From the NCBI GenBank assembly GCA_964016885.1, contig OZ024742.1:79670001-79734000 (forward strand): a DNA stretch of 64,000 nucleotides. Direction: 5' to 3'. The stretch is from Eledone cirrhosa. Taxonomy: Eukaryota. Position numbers and translations under genes: made by a program. A model generated the notes under the pieces. The model ran no database searches. It saw only the letters and a list, made by a program, of their open reading frames with translations, and had not been told where the DNA came from. Shown one piece after another: positions 33,235 through 48,723 of the stretch; within the stretch, counting starts at the first letter, position 1, and each line of letters begins with the position of its first letter.

Positions 33235-33893
33235 ATGTATATATAATGTATTTTGCAATACACTTTATGCTTAATTAAAAGCATTTTGAAGACCGTATGC
33301 TATTGTTTTAGAGTAGTGACAAATTCACTTACTTTAATCTCAGCAAACAGAGGAGATAAGCCAACAAGGCCTTGTTTCGCTTTTGTTGGAGCTTATCAAG
33401 GCTAACTACCCCTCCTGTCTACTGAGATTACTGATGTTATATTCTTATAGAATTCTAGTAAATAATCAGGAACTGATTATATAGACCGATTGTTGGTCAG
33501 GCAGAAATTAAAAATTAGAATTGGATCTCTGAAATAGCAATATATATATGGATGTATATATAGTGTATTTTGCAATACACTTTATGCTTAATATGCCTGA
33601 CCAACAATCGCTCTGTATAATCAGTTCCTGATTATTTACTAGAATTCTATAAGAATATAACATCAGTAATCTCAGTAGACAGGAGGGGTAGTTAGCCTTG
33701 ATAAGCTTCAACAAAAGCAAAACAAGGCCTTATTGGCTTATCTCCTCTGTTTGCTGAGATTAAAGTAAGTGAATTTGTCACTACTCTAAAACAATAGCAT
33801 ACGGTCTTCAAAATGCTTTTAATTAAGCATAAAGTGTATTGCAAAATACATTATATATACATCCATATATATATTGCTATTTCAGAGCTCCAA

Positions 33894-33900
<7 letters not shown>
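33230..33900. mobile_element. Inverted pLTR-like pair carrying U3-A8 variant hammerheads
   Basis: ~33230-33503 is inverted relative to ~33595-33870. HHRs lie at 33359-33403(-) and, mutated, at 33694-33738(+). Confidence 0.8.
33359..33403 (-). ncRNA. Hammerhead ribozyme with U3-A8 core variant
   Basis: Reverse complement reads agcc TTGATAA gct-ccaacaaa-agc GAAAC aaggcctt GTT ggct, with a 14-nt palindrome. Confidence 0.8.
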
Positions 33901-33953
<53 letters not shown>

Positions 33954-34135
33954 GGTATTGTAACGTCCAGTTACTGTAAGTTCACCAGAGTGAGCACTTG
34001 ATGTGTAATTTCTGTTCAGTAAGTATATTGGTGTTGTACTAAGATGCGTGTAATATGAATGGACTTGTTATATTTCTCTAAGAATATTTTTTCCAATTAC
34101 GACCCACCCGACCCTTCTATCTAAATTCTCATTCT

Positions 34136-34173
34136 TTCTTCTGATGAAGGAGTAGCGTCTGAAACGTTAAGGA
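34136..34173 (+). ncRNA. Minimal hammerhead ribozyme with no loop III
   Basis: ttctt CTGATGA agg-agtagcg-tct GAAAC GTT aagga. Confidence 0.75.
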
Positions 34174-34966
34174 CCTCTTCTGCTATTTCAAGCGTTAACC
34201 TAATATGCTCTTTCCATATCCTGTATCGATTGTGTTATTATTTCTGTTTGCATTTTATATACACCACCATTTTCTGTGTACATGTGTGTCTGTGTGTGTG
34301 TATGCTTTAATTCCTTTAAATCTTCATCAACATTCCTTCACTCCCAAACTCATTAACACCACACCCCTCCCCCAGACACATCCATATCTCCCTTATATAT
34401 AGAGTCACACATCACAACACAACCAAATCTCAGTTTGACAATCGCCGCCGCCACGGATTAATGCGTGAAAGTTCTCCAAGATAGTTAACCAGAAATCTTT
34501 AAAATTCTTCCCACCGAAGTTAACAAAGAACTTACTAGATCTAGCAACTCCTCATATCATAATATTATAAAATTAAATTAAAATTAAATCAAATTATTTA
34601 GAACTACAAGTGAAGTAATTCTTTTCCGTTTTTTCAAATATATATATATATATATATATATTACTGCATAATATATGTGTGTATCTTAATTGTGTTAAAG
34701 GATTGGTAAAGACTTCAGATGGGGGTGGTGAAAAGGGAAATGTAAGCTAGAGACAATTGCTCTAGGGGAGAGAGGTACATAAGATTTTCAAAACAAATTC
34801 TATTTTCGGAATAGGGTTTCAGATAGTATGAGCGTGTATGTGTGAGTGTGTATATAAACATAAATATATATATATATATTTTTTCTTTTACACACAACAA
34901 TATACATAAACAAATTTATTTTCGTTTATCCCCAAAAATATTTCTCTAGGTTTTGATCCCATCAAA

Positions 34967-35003
<37 letters not shown>

Positions 35004-35009
<6 letters not shown>

Positions 35010-36432
35010 CTTAGAGTTTAGACTCAGCGAGGTCATTTACACTCATTTCAGCTCTAAGAATCGCTTCTGAGCAGTATAAATTAATATTTGATGAACATTT
35101 ACATGTTATAGTTGCAATTGACTAATAAGATCGCTAGAGTGAAAAATCTTAATTCAACAACATAAGGTCTGCCTGTACGATCTAGAAAATAATAAATCAA
35201 TACTCACAGACTCATATGGGCAAAAAACCTTGGTACCTAGACACGTTTAAAATTCAAAATACAAACTTTTTCCGCAGATCGGTCAGAATTTCAAACTTCA
35301 AACATGTTTCACAAAGGATGGTATAATAGTAAAATAATTAACTAATTAGCAGTGAGTTAATCAACTTTTTCTGTGTTTATCAATAGGTACCCAGATAAAA
35401 ATAAAATAACTCAACCTCAGAAAAATATCTAAGGTCTGGTTAGCGTAGCGAAAATACACGAGGTTTTGCACACAGCTTATTCCAGTCCTCTAACGTCCCA
35501 CACATAGTGCTAGAAATAACAGCCGTTTGTATGGGATTACAAAATTCAGCTCACCTTGGGGAGCAGTGATAAATAGCTTAGAGTTTAGACTCAGAGAGGT
35601 CATTTACAATCATTTCAGCTCTAGGAATCGCTTCTGAGCAGTATAAATTAATATTTGATGAACATTTACATGTTATAGTTGCAATTGACTAATACGATCG
35701 CTAGAGTGAAAAATCTTAATTCAACAATACTCTGTGAGTATTGATTTATTATTTTCTAGATCGTACAGGCAGACCTTATGTTGTTGAATTAAGATTTTTC
35801 ACTCTAGCGATCTTATTAGTCAATTGCATCTATAACATGTAAATGTTCATCAAATATTAATTTATTCTGCTCAGAAGCGATTCCTAGAGCTGAAATGATT
35901 GTAAATGACCTCTCTGAGTCTAAACTCTAAGCTATTCATCACTGCTCCCCAAGGTGAGCTGAATTTTGTAATCCCATACAAACGGCTGTTATTTCTTGCA
36001 CTATGTGTGTGACGTTAGAGGACTGGAATAAGCCGTGTGCAAAACCTCGTGTATTTTCGCTACGCTAACCAGACCTTAGATATTTTTCTGAGGTTGAGTT
36101 ATTTTATTTTTATCCGGGTGCCTATTGATAAACACAGAAAAAGTTGATTAACTCACTGCTAATTAGTTAATTATCTTACTATTATACCATCCTTTGTGAA
36201 ACATGTTTGAAGTTTGAAGTTCTGACCGATCTGCGGAAAAAGTTTGTATTTTGAATTTTAAACGTGTCTAGGTACATAGGCTTTTTGCCCATATGAGTCT
36301 GTGAGTATTGATTTATTATTTTCTAGATCGTACAGGCAGACCTTATGTTGTTGAATTAAGATTTTTCACTCTAGCGATCTTATTAGTCAATTGCAACTAT
36401 AACATGTAAATGTTCATCAAATATTAATTTAT
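35004..36432. mobile_element. ~570-bp unit in tandem and inverted arrangement (pLTR-like foldback)
   Basis: aaatagcttagagtttagactcag occurs at ~35004 and ~35571; 35730-36432 is the reverse complement of this region. Flanked by (TA)n. Confidence 0.8.
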
Positions 36433-36855
36433 ATAAATATATATATATATTCGCGCACACTTGACCAGGTTGGTTGTTCCTTTTTTTTCTCTTGTCTACG
36501 ATTTCACAGAAGTTATGTTCACCGAATTCAGGGACTAGACTCCTTCTTCCTCCCGTTTGACCTGTGCGAAATTCTTTCCTTGCTCACATTTCGACTAGGT
36601 TTGATGGTCTTTATGCTCTCTCGTCCACGATTTCACAGAACTTATATTCATAGAATTCTGGGACTTGTCTCCTTCTTCCTCACTTTTCGTTGCATTAACA
36701 TCTCTGATTGTTTACAGTCTCGCTCGTTCCCCTTATTTACGTGTCCAAACGACTTTCTTTAGCCGTTGCTCGCACCAACCGGAGGTATATGGTCTTTAAA
36801 GCGATGAAATACCAATGAAGGGTGGAAGATCACTGATGAAGGACTAACTTTATTC

Positions 36856-36887
<32 letters not shown>

Positions 36888-37675
36888 GTGTGCGTGTTTG
36901 TGTGTGTGTTTGTGTCTGATTTGAAGTTTGATGGGATCAAAACCTAGAGAAATATTTTGTGTGATAAAAGAAAAAAAAAAAAATTATGTTTATATACACA
37001 CTCACACATACACACTCATACTCTCTGAAACCCTATTCCGAAAATAGAATTTGTTTTGAAAATCCCATTTACCTCTCTCCCCTATAGCACTTGTCTCTAG
37101 CTTACATTTCCCTTTTCACCACCCCCATCTGAACTCTTTACCAATCCTTTAACACAATTGAGATACACACATATTATGCAGTAAAATTATATGCAGACAT
37201 ATATTATACAGTAAAATACATTTACTTCCTAAAAATAATTTTCTTCTGTGAAAAGACACAACTAACACCACCATCACTACTACTACCCCTACTATTACTA
37301 CCTCTCTCTATATATATATAAGATTCCATTTTAGACCCAGTCTCCTCTACTAGAAAGATGAACAGACCTTCTACAACACTTAATTTTCAATTTTTAATTT
37401 TTAATTAGATTTAATTCTCTTTAATTGTAATATTCAACATTTAATAAGATGGATTACACTGATACATCGAAACCGGTTATATTTTATATATCTATATACA
37501 TTATAAAAATCTTTCTTTTTACAAAGACATTCTTCCTCCCATTATTTCAATTGACGAATCAAAGAAGAAAAATGAAAAACATATCCTTAAATCTGTTTTT
37601 CGTGCTATTTCCAATTCCACTTTTTCTCTATAACCTCTGTGTAGAACCTTACTTCCTTTTCAATATATATATATA

Positions 37676-37829
37676 GGAACGAGTAGGACCCCGACGGCTG
37701 AGCTCAAGCCGTTTCGACGGCTAATTCTGGACTAAATGATTTTCATTTAGTCCAGAATTAGCCGTCGAAACGGCTTGAGCTCAGCCGTCGAAACGGCTTG
37801 AGCTCAGCCGTCGAGGTCCTACTCGTTCC
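37676..37829. mobile_element. Foldback MITE flanked by TA
   Basis: ta|ggaacgagtaggacc...ggtcctactcgttcc|ta. Near-perfect palindrome centred at ~37740, with internal 24-bp subrepeats. Confidence 0.8.
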
Positions 37830-37908
37830 TATTACCCACTCTACTACCCTAAGTATTGAGTACTTTGGTGCATTATGGTCCCCGTGGTTCCTTAACACAT
37901 TTCCTTCG

Positions 37909-37941
<33 letters not shown>

Positions 37942-38062
37942 AAGTGTTCAAACGATTACATTTTAGTTTAGAACATTTATTTGATGACAATTATTTCTTC
38001 CAGAGGGAAGTCTGGATTCATCGGAGCTTAGGGAATGTCGAAACATGTGACTAAAATCCTAG

Positions 38063-38109
<47 letters not shown>

Positions 38110-38117
<8 letters not shown>

Positions 38118-38980
38118 CATAATCGGAGAAAGCTAATAGCGATACTCCGGCCAAATTCCAACTCACTCAACAAACATTAGGAAATACCTGAGTAATTCTA
38201 ATTAAGCGTTCGGGGAGCTACCTAATTGTATTTTGTGGCAAATTGGCTGTATCATTTCATATGAGTTATATCAAATATATCACCTCCTAGACGACTCGTT
38301 TCACTATAAGATTTCTACAAGCTGGGTGAAATTATACTAATTTATGTAGAAGCTTGTATAAGATCAACAGATACTTATTCAAGTGGGCTCTTATAATTCT
38401 TCAGTGGGTGCCCAATAATATTAATATTGATAACCAAATCAACATCTATATTTAGCGATAATCACCATCAGTGCTTGAGGGAGCTGCTAGGTTGTCAGTC
38501 CAGCAGTTCTAAAGAAAATCTCACACTGTCTCGAAAATAGGAGGAAGGAGACTACCGCCAAAAAACAATACATGCGCAGGTCAATGAATTCTGAAAAGAA
38601 TTCAAGATACGTGCTAGAACTCAATTGGATCTGAAAAAATAACCAAATGTGCGCATCGCTTGATGACACACATAGATATTTTCTCGGGCAAATTAACAAA
38701 TTGAGATACAAGAACCAACAATCAATATTCATATAAAAAATAAACAAAGAGAGTCATACCTTATATCGGGAAAGTTCATATCTGTTGCTCAAAGAGTAAA
38801 TATATAAATACATAATCGGAGAAAGCTAATAGCGATACTCCAGCCAAATTCCAACTCACTCAACAAACATTAGGAAATACCTGAGTATATTCCTAATTAA
38901 ACGTTCGGGATGCTAACTAATTGTATTGTTTGGAAAATTGGCTGTATCATTTCATATTAGATATATCAAATATATCACTA
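38110..38980 (-). mobile_element. pLTR-like unit (~690 bp) with terminal redundancy
   Basis: aaatacataatcggagaaagc... occurs at ~38113 and ~38806; an HHR lies inside. Confidence 0.7.
38286..38408 (-). ncRNA. Type-I hammerhead with a long stem II
   Basis: Reverse complement reads ccca CTGAAGA attataag...cttatagt GAAAC gagtc GTC tagg, with one stem-I mismatch. Confidence 0.7.
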
Positions 38981-38992
38981 TATGTATACATG

Positions 38993-39028
<36 letters not shown>

Positions 39029-39238
39029 GGTTCTACTTTCATTCATGTTTTAATACATGTGTAACTGTTGTCGCTGCTGTCACATACATATACGCCTACA
39101 TACATTCAAACATACATCCATACAATAACATGAATGTATACAACTCAATATCTATGTATGTATATACGTAAATAAATACATGTTTGTATACACATACACA
39201 CACGTGTACATATATATATAAATGTACGTGTATATATG

Positions 39239-39526
<288 letters not shown>

Positions 39527-41650
39527 CATGTGTTTGTGTGTGTGTGTAATAATGAGTAAAAGAGAAAAACAGAGAAATAGATTTGGTATAATTTTTGCAA
39601 ATAGTTATCTATTTCATCTGAATCAAACTGTTTCTAATGTTTGTTAGTTTGAAATTTGATTATTTATATTTTAAATTTACTTAATAATATTAAAATGTAA
39701 TAAATTGATTTTTGACTCTTTATCTGAGTTAATCAAGTCCATACGCAACATAAAATATCTAGCGAAATTATTTATTTAAGCAAATAACTAAATAAATGTA
39801 TATATATATATATATGTGTGTGTGTGTTAGTGTGTGTTTGTGTGTGTGTGATTTCTTTATTCAAAACTGATTTTGTGTAAATCAGAAAACCGTGTTTGAC
39901 GAATATCACAGTCTGCAAGTATGTGGGAAAATAATTATATATAAAATACATAAAATATTTAAAGTGTAAAAATTGTGCATATGAAGTAAAAGTATAGAGA
40001 ACGTTCTAGAAGGATTTATTGTGACACATTCTTTGAACATTTATGAGTACTCCTTTTGTGAATCTATACATGCACATCTATGTGAAAACTAATGATAATA
40101 AAAAAAAAAGATGCTTTGCCAGACTTCTTCATAAGCATAATCTTTCATAGGTTATTTTGAAAGCACTATGTCTAACCCTAGGTGTGGTATAAAATTGCCT
40201 GTAATAATACATTCATAATTGTACACGTTCTCTATTACCTATGTCTTTAGGTATTTCATTATTGTTATGTGTATAAATTTATGAGTTATGTTTTTTTTTT
40301 ATTTATGAGTATGAAGTTATTTTTTTACTAAAACGTGAAAGGTTTTGTTTTTATGATTTTTTTTATTTAAAGGAAATGTCGACTGTAAGGGAAATTATGT
40401 TGAAAAATAAAATAAAATAGAATATTTATATATACCATCGTTTCTTGGAGGCTCAATAAAGACTTTTCTGTCGCCCTTGGCAAAGCTAAAACATGCGGCT
40501 TTAAAGTAGAGTAACAAAAATGAAAAATGTAAAAAGAAGAGACATGTTTGTCACACCCACCTACACCCACGAGAACCCCCCCCCCCCACATACACACATA
40601 TATGGAGTTCAAAACATTTTCCATTCTGCTTAGTTTCTCGTATATTGTATGCTTTACAATGCCTTAACAATATGAGGCAACCATACTCATCATAGTTATA
40701 TATGCCAGTTACATGTTTTCTATTTTGACACAAACGGATCTATATATCAAGTATGGGGATAGCTTTTGGAATTGTAGCTAGTCCGATATACCATGATATC
40801 AGAAGACAGCGAGTCTTCTGGAGAGTATAAGTTCCCTAAAACAATATTCGATTATTTGGTGCCGTGATAATCACCAGTTTTTCATTTCAGCTATTTTTAT
40901 GAAAGTATTTTCAAGAAAATAATTGCTATAAATTTCAGTGGGTAGAGGTTTGTAATAACCATTCTGCAGCTCCCTCTGCCACACTACGATACTCTTCTCT
41001 TGGTAAGGTTTGTCACACCAGTAGAAATTATATCAGATTTTCAGATTTTATCGCAAACAACCACTCACAATAGTTAAATGTTAGTACTTTTGTAGGTCAC
41101 AGGCTGTGGATTTGATGTAAACGTATAGACTTTAGCACACGGTACTGGTAATTTTCGTCTGAAACTTTATTTACTACATGCTATTACTAGTTTTATTTGA
41201 GGACAAATATGTTACACCTATCTATCTTTATTCGACAGTTCCTGTCCATTTCTATATCTATGTTATTATGCCACATCTGGTATTTGTTAAATGCAATGCT
41301 CACTTTACATCTAATAATACTATTCACTCGTCCGATATACTGTATTACTTAGGTTTTCTTTTGTTGAAATGTAATCCATTTTGGCTATAACTTTCTATAT
41401 TTTCTATCTTTCACAATTGATCACATTTATTGTAGAATAATAATTGCTTTATAATGCAATTTATATTTGGATATATGTAAATATATATGTATACGCCGAA
41501 TGATTCTATAGCTGCTTGTTGAAAGTTATGTGTACGAAAGAATTAGATTTCGATTTGAAGTCTTTCCATTTCTATTGCAACTGAGAAATCGGAGATGAAT
41601 ATATGTGAAAAGAATTATACACACATGTATGTACACAAAAGTACATGCCT

Positions 41651-41705
<55 letters not shown>

Positions 41706-42446
41706 CGTGTGCGCATGCATATATATTTGTAAGTTTCGATTCATAGATATATATGTTAGTTGATAAATAGAAATATAGAATTGTTATAATTAGGTTTAGA
41801 ATACTAAACTTGAATTACCACTTCTGGTTTATAAAGTTTACTTAATACGATCAATAACTGATTTACAGAGCTAGTCCCGAAGGGTATTGTTCTGAAAGCA
41901 TTGTCTTGTATACGTTTAACAACACTCAAGACAGATCTCATTGGTAAATATTGCCTTAATCGACGCCTTAGAAATGGAAGCTTCGAAATAATTTCCAATA
42001 CGTAATTGAAGTTGAACGAGGTTATTTACAGTGGTGTGTTTCAATTAAGGTATTTTGGCACCTTTGTTGAGCAAACAAACAAGGGAAGTGAAAATAAGTA
42101 ACCTAGAACAATCAAAAGAAAAACAACTAAACATTTATTATATTCTAAATGCTAAAATGTTAAAAGGAAAATTACTATTAAAGAAACGAAAAATACACGT
42201 ACGTACTCATACTTCCAAGGAGGCTCATATTCTACAAATTAATAATTATATATATCTGTATTGTCGACATGTATGGAACAATAAGTTTAATATGTATAAC
42301 ACTATCTATCTGTCTGTACCCATCTCTGGTTCTCTTTCTCTCTTATCTCTTCTCTCTCCCTCTCTTCTCTCTCTCAATCTCTCTTTCTTTTTCAACCTCT
42401 CTCTCTATATATATGAGCACACCCTTATGCATGCGCGCACACATAC

Positions 42447-42479
<33 letters not shown>

Positions 42480-42506
42480 CCCATACACACACACACACAC
42501 ACACAT

Positions 42507-42544
<38 letters not shown>

Positions 42545-42986
42545 GTATATATAAACACTTGTAGAATTTCTTGAAATTAACTTTATTTAGCTTATATATA
42601 GGAATGCTATATATATGTTTACAAGTTTTGTATTCCATACAATTTCCCCTAATTTTTGTTTATAGCTATACAATTAGAAATTGGTTGAAAATCTATGAGA
42701 AGAATGACAATATATAGTATATTGGGAACTAAATACAAGCAGTTGTGTGTGTAGATATTGATGTGTTTAATGTAAAACGCCAGAGTATCTTACGTATTTT
42801 TAAAAATATTGTATTCCTACTCAACAATTTGGCTAGTATTAAATTATAGTTTCAAATATGAGTCAATGATCTGTATACATGAAAAGGTGTTATTTGTTTT
42901 CTTTTCATTTTGTCTTCGTATGCAAACAATTAATCTGACGCAGAGAAAGAAGAAACATTATCACATAGTATATATAAAGGGTAAAG

Positions 42987-43292
42987 ACACCCTTCGGTCA
43001 CGATGCACCTAGAAAGTTTTCCTCCGAGGCACAAGTCAAGGCAAGGTTGTATGTGGAAGACCAATAGTCGCCCATGCATACCAGTCTCCCCTCTCCACGC
43101 CACCGATGAGGTCCAAGGCCGATACAGCTAGGCACCAGTGACGTCGCAACTCATTTCTACAGTTGAGTAAACTGGAGCAACGTGAAATAAAGTGTCTTGC
43201 TCAAGGACACAACGCATCATCCGATCCGAGAATCGAACTCACAACCTTCCGATTGCAAGTTCAATGCTCTAACCACTAAGCCATGCACCTTC
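42987..43292 (-). mobile_element. tRNA-derived SINE
   Basis: Reverse complement begins tgaaggtgcaTGGCTTAGTGGttagagc (A box)...GTTCGATTC (B box), followed by tgtgtccttgagcaagacact (CORE-like). Confidence 0.85.
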
Positions 43293-43299
43293 ACAACAT

Positions 43300-44240
<941 letters not shown>

Positions 44241-44909
44241 GAACTAAATAAACTTTAACATACGTTAATATTTTAACACCTTATACATGCTAACCATACC
44301 CCTCCACACACACCCTTCTCCATTTCTATTATTGGAATCCTTTCCCTACACAAACACATACTACCCTGCCGCCGCCGCCACCACCACCACCACCAGCACT
44401 ATTTCATTGCTTGCACTAGGCTCAGTGTTTTGATATGAAGTATATTCTTGATACCCTGTGAACTTCGTAAAACTTTGTTCTTTCTCACATTTTCCTGAAA
44501 ATATGCAGTTATATGTATCATGTATAGTGTTAATAATTAATTATTTCCAGTTGTTTATATACGTATGTACCATTGTAACAGTATTGAAACGGATGTAGAA
44601 ATTAAAGTATGAATTTAAATGGTTAGCCTTGGTCTTTTGTCATATTGAATATTAACGCTCTGCTAACTGAACTGTGCTCAACCAGAAGAACTTTAACTTT
44701 CGATGACTTAACCATCTATTTTAACTCCTGATGAACTGAGGATTTTTCTATGCATAAAACTTATCTTACCGTACCAAAGATAAAAGCGAAGTACTCTACT
44801 ATTGTCACCTATATTATATATATCGACAGTCGATCAAATTTCGTCAAATTGGACAGACGAAACAATGTTTCCGTTGGTCTTTCCAATTGCTAACACTCTC
44901 TATCGGTCG

Positions 44910-45044
44910 CAACTCCAGGTAGAAGGAGCAAGGTGCAATAATGTGTCTTGCTCAAGTACCTAACGCATCGCCCGGTCCGGGAATCGAACTCAAAAATTCA
45001 CGATTGCGAATCCAATTCTCCAATCACTCAGCCACGCGCCTTCA
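44910..45044 (-). mobile_element. tRNA-derived SINE 5' part
   Basis: Reverse complement reads tgaaggcgcgTGGCTGAGTGA...gaGTTCGATTCcc...cttgagcaagacac. Confidence 0.8.
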
Positions 45045-45047
45045 CCA

Positions 45048-45101
<54 letters not shown>

Positions 45102-45647
45102 TGTGTGTGTATATGTATATGGCTGTGTATATGTACATATGTGTGTGTACATATGTGTATGCTTATATATGTATGTGTGCACGTGTGTGTGTATGTGTAT
45201 GTGTATATATGAGTGTGTGTATGTGTGGGTATATATGTATGTGTGAGCGGACTTGTGAAATACCAAATCCAGCATGAGTTCATTGAAGTGTGTCGGACGG
45301 AGAGTAGCTGATGGCCAGTATGGCAGCAAATATTGACCAGAATTTCTGATTACGTAGAAAAACAACAGCCAATAGGAAGACAAGAGAGGAAGATGATTTT
45401 TTGAAGCTAACACCCCAGTGAGAAAATTTGTTCCGAAAGAATGTGTCCGAAGAACCTGCAGATCTAGAATCAGACAGATCCATACAATGATCGTGTCTCG
45501 AGCTATCTGCCGGTAAACAATTGTAACACACAAACTGAGTCCAGATGCATCACTGATATTTCGTATTATATTATATCACACTCTGCTCTCTAAGAACATA
45601 GAGTGCTCAACTGGCATACCGCCCATGGAAGCATCATAGCTACCATT

Positions 45648-45733
<86 letters not shown>

Positions 45734-45808
45734 GTATGTGTGTATGTATGTATGTGTGTGTATGTGTGTGTGTGTGTGTCTGTCTGCCTGTGTGTATATA
45801 TATATGTT

Positions 45809-45867
<59 letters not shown>

Positions 45868-45892
45868 TGTAATAAACAACATAAGGCAATTA

Positions 45893-45952
45893 TTCCATTT
45901 ACCAGTGGTTTCTTAAAAGCAAAAGATTTTGCTTTCAATCCTCAGAATGAAA
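45893..45952 (-). ncRNA. Type-I hammerhead ribozyme
   Basis: Reverse complement reads tttcatt CTGAGGA ttgaaagcaaaa-tc-ttttgcttttaa GAAACC act GGTA aatggaa. Confidence 0.88.
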
Positions 45953-46123
45953 AAATCCTGGTCTGTTTATTGAATTTGGATTTTAAATAAAAAATGCAAT
46001 CTATATGAATGTGAGGCTGGAGTAGGAAGAAGGAAAGGAAAAATAAAATAAAACTACACATGCAAACACACACACAAAAACACGCACACTCACGCACAAA
46101 AGCATACATACACACACACACAC

Positions 46124-46154
<31 letters not shown>

Positions 46155-46383
46155 CATATACATATACATACACTCATACATACACACACACACATATATA
46201 CACACATATATGTGTATATAAATACACACAAACGCATACATATACACATATATACACACGCACATAAATATCAACACATCCATACATACACATACATATA
46301 TACAACCAGACACACATATATACACAAATACATACACATAGAAATAGTAATATAAATACATATACATACACACATATACATAC

Positions 46384-46417
<34 letters not shown>

Positions 46418-47150
46418 ATATGTGTACAAGCATACACATACACAAACATAGCCATACACACATATATATACATATATACATACATGCACTCAATCATACA
46501 CATATACACACGTACATACATACACATACATAAATGCACTCCTCTACATATTCACACACGCAAATAAATATAAGAAACAATATAAGAAAAAATATATATT
46601 AAAAAAAAAAATTTTGACAGCATTACAAACGGCAGGTAACTGGACAGACACGCGTGGTAAGTAATACACACAAATGCACGTATACATACGTACGAAATAG
46701 TAAATACATACACACACTCTCACACATAAATATACATATACGAATACATAAACACATACATACACATACACAAATACATGCACAAACACGCACACGTATA
46801 CAATTATACACACACATATACACACACATATGTATATGTAATTATATACACATAGATACATATATATATATACATAAATATAAAAATACACACACACACA
46901 TATATGTATACATACACACACACATATACATACATAGCTATACAATTATGCACATACAAATACGTACATATCATAAACACGCACAACCAAATACAAACAC
47001 ACACACACATACATATATATATACATACACATACATACACATATACATGTGTGTGTGCGTAAAACTCAGTCTTAGATAATTCATATGAACCTTACATATA
47101 CATATATATAGTAGTAAAGTAATAAAGTAATAAGCAACATAAGGCAATTA

Positions 47151-47210
47151 TTCCATTCACCAGTGGTTTCTTAAAAGCAAAACATGTTTCCTTCAATCTT
47201 CAGAATGAAA
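47151..47210 (-). ncRNA. Hammerhead copy with a GUG triplet (probably inactive)
   Basis: Reverse complement reads CTGAAGA...GAAACC act GGTG aatggaa, which violates the NUH rule. Confidence 0.7.
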
Positions 47211-47252
47211 AAAACCTGGTCTATCTACATATACATACATATACACACACAA

Positions 47253-47371
<119 letters not shown>

Positions 47372-47536
47372 AATATACATACACATACACACAGGTATGT
47401 GAAGGGCAAGGCAAAAAGAATATATGGGGGTGGGGGGTGGGGACATAGGAAAAGGTGAAATATATATATACAAGAGTACAGAACGTAGATTCAGCAAAAT
47501 AAAAACCGTAGCAGAAGTAAAGAGCAGAGGAGGAGT

Positions 47537-48340
47537 TCAAGGCGGTTGATTTATCATAGCAGTGTCAATCCAGTTACAGATCAGATGCGATTTCAGATGA
47601 GGACAGCATCTGAAGATCTCAGTCTTTGAGTTAAGGCAAGCGGAAGTGGCTCTCAAGTTTAGCAAAATCCTATACTTTTCTGTGGTACACAAAGAACAAT
47701 TCTTCGTGCCCCTTTGGTACTCCCTCGAATGGTCTAATATAGACCAATCAATAGAGTACGGGATGTTACTATCCTTGAGTTCCCACACCTTACTTGCGAG
47801 GGCCGTTGATGTTCGTTTATCGGAGTGCTTAAAAGAAGCGACATGTGAGTAAAATCTGGTTTTAAACCTGTACTGGGTCATACCGACATATCGCTCACTC
47901 CTGGCTGGCTGGTTGTTGATTACCGGTGTTATCTTAGCCTCATATACAACAGATTTGGTGTTACATATACCCTGCAATGGGCATTCATCTGGCTTCCTGC
48001 AACTGCATCCTGGATTTATTCTCGTATGGTTTGAACTGGTGATTTTGGACTTCATAGATGGGCAACAAGAGTAGCTGATCTTAACTACGTTCCTATTAAA
48101 TATCTTATAATATCTATAATTAGGAGAAATAAGGGTCTAAGAGTTCAAGAAATTTCCTTCCTACATTAGTTTTGACAGTTAGAGAGAAGGGGGTGTGAAC
48201 CAAATAATCTTCCTTTTCCTGTTATTGTGGTTAGTTTTAGGGGGGGGGGAGTAGGTAAATAAGAATTTTTTTCTGTAAAACCGCTGTTCTTAAGGGCTTT
48301 ATTAAAAATGTCTATAGACGAAGATAAGGTAGAAATCCTA
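47537..48340 (-). pseudogene. PLE (Naiad-type) thumb end, Cys linker and GIY-YIG endonuclease; open ORF at 47537-48055
   Basis: CSCRKPDECPLQGIC..SVVYEA...YVGMT..FKTRFYSH, STALASKVW, CSLCTTEK and CCPH motifs. Upstream frameshifted IIWFTPP and KISYSCCP. Confidence 0.92.
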
Positions 48341-48514
48341 CGGTGTGTGTGTGTGTATGTATGCTTTTGTGTGTGAGTGTGCGTGTTTTAGTGTGTGTGT
48401 TTGCATATGTAGTTTTATTTTATTTTTCCTTTCCTTCTTCCTTCTCCAGCCTCCATTTCATATAGATTGCATTTTTGTTTTTAAAATCCAAATTCAATAA
48501 ACAGACCAGGATTT

Positions 48515-48574
48515 TTTCATTCTGAGGATTGAAAGCAAAATCATTTGCTTTTAAGAAACCACTGGTAAATGGAA
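48515..48574 (+). ncRNA. Type-I hammerhead ribozyme (inverted pLTR)
   Basis: tttcatt CTGAGGA ttgaaagcaaa...tttgcttttaa GAAACC act GGTA aatggaa. Confidence 0.88.
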
Positions 48575-48666
48575 TAATTGCCTTATGTTGTTTATTACAT
48601 AACTATTAAGCTCTGTTACCTACATAGAGCACTCTTTTTTCCTGGACTTTTCCGACGGAATTACTT

Positions 48667-48723
<57 letters not shown>

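Noticed and set aside
36828-36860. CTGATGA motif
   Set aside because: No downstream GAAA-NUH or stem I; the sequence runs into (TA)n.
37436-37483. HHR-like ttaataa gatg...catc GAAAC cg GTT
   Set aside because: G5 is lost and stem I is mismatched; at best a fossil.
43215-43290. tRNA gene (also 44970-45044)
   Set aside because: The A/B boxes are followed by SINE body sequence and there is no cloverleaf acceptor stem.
44722-44875. CTGATGA with a distant GAAAC
   Set aside because: No stem I or stem II closure found.
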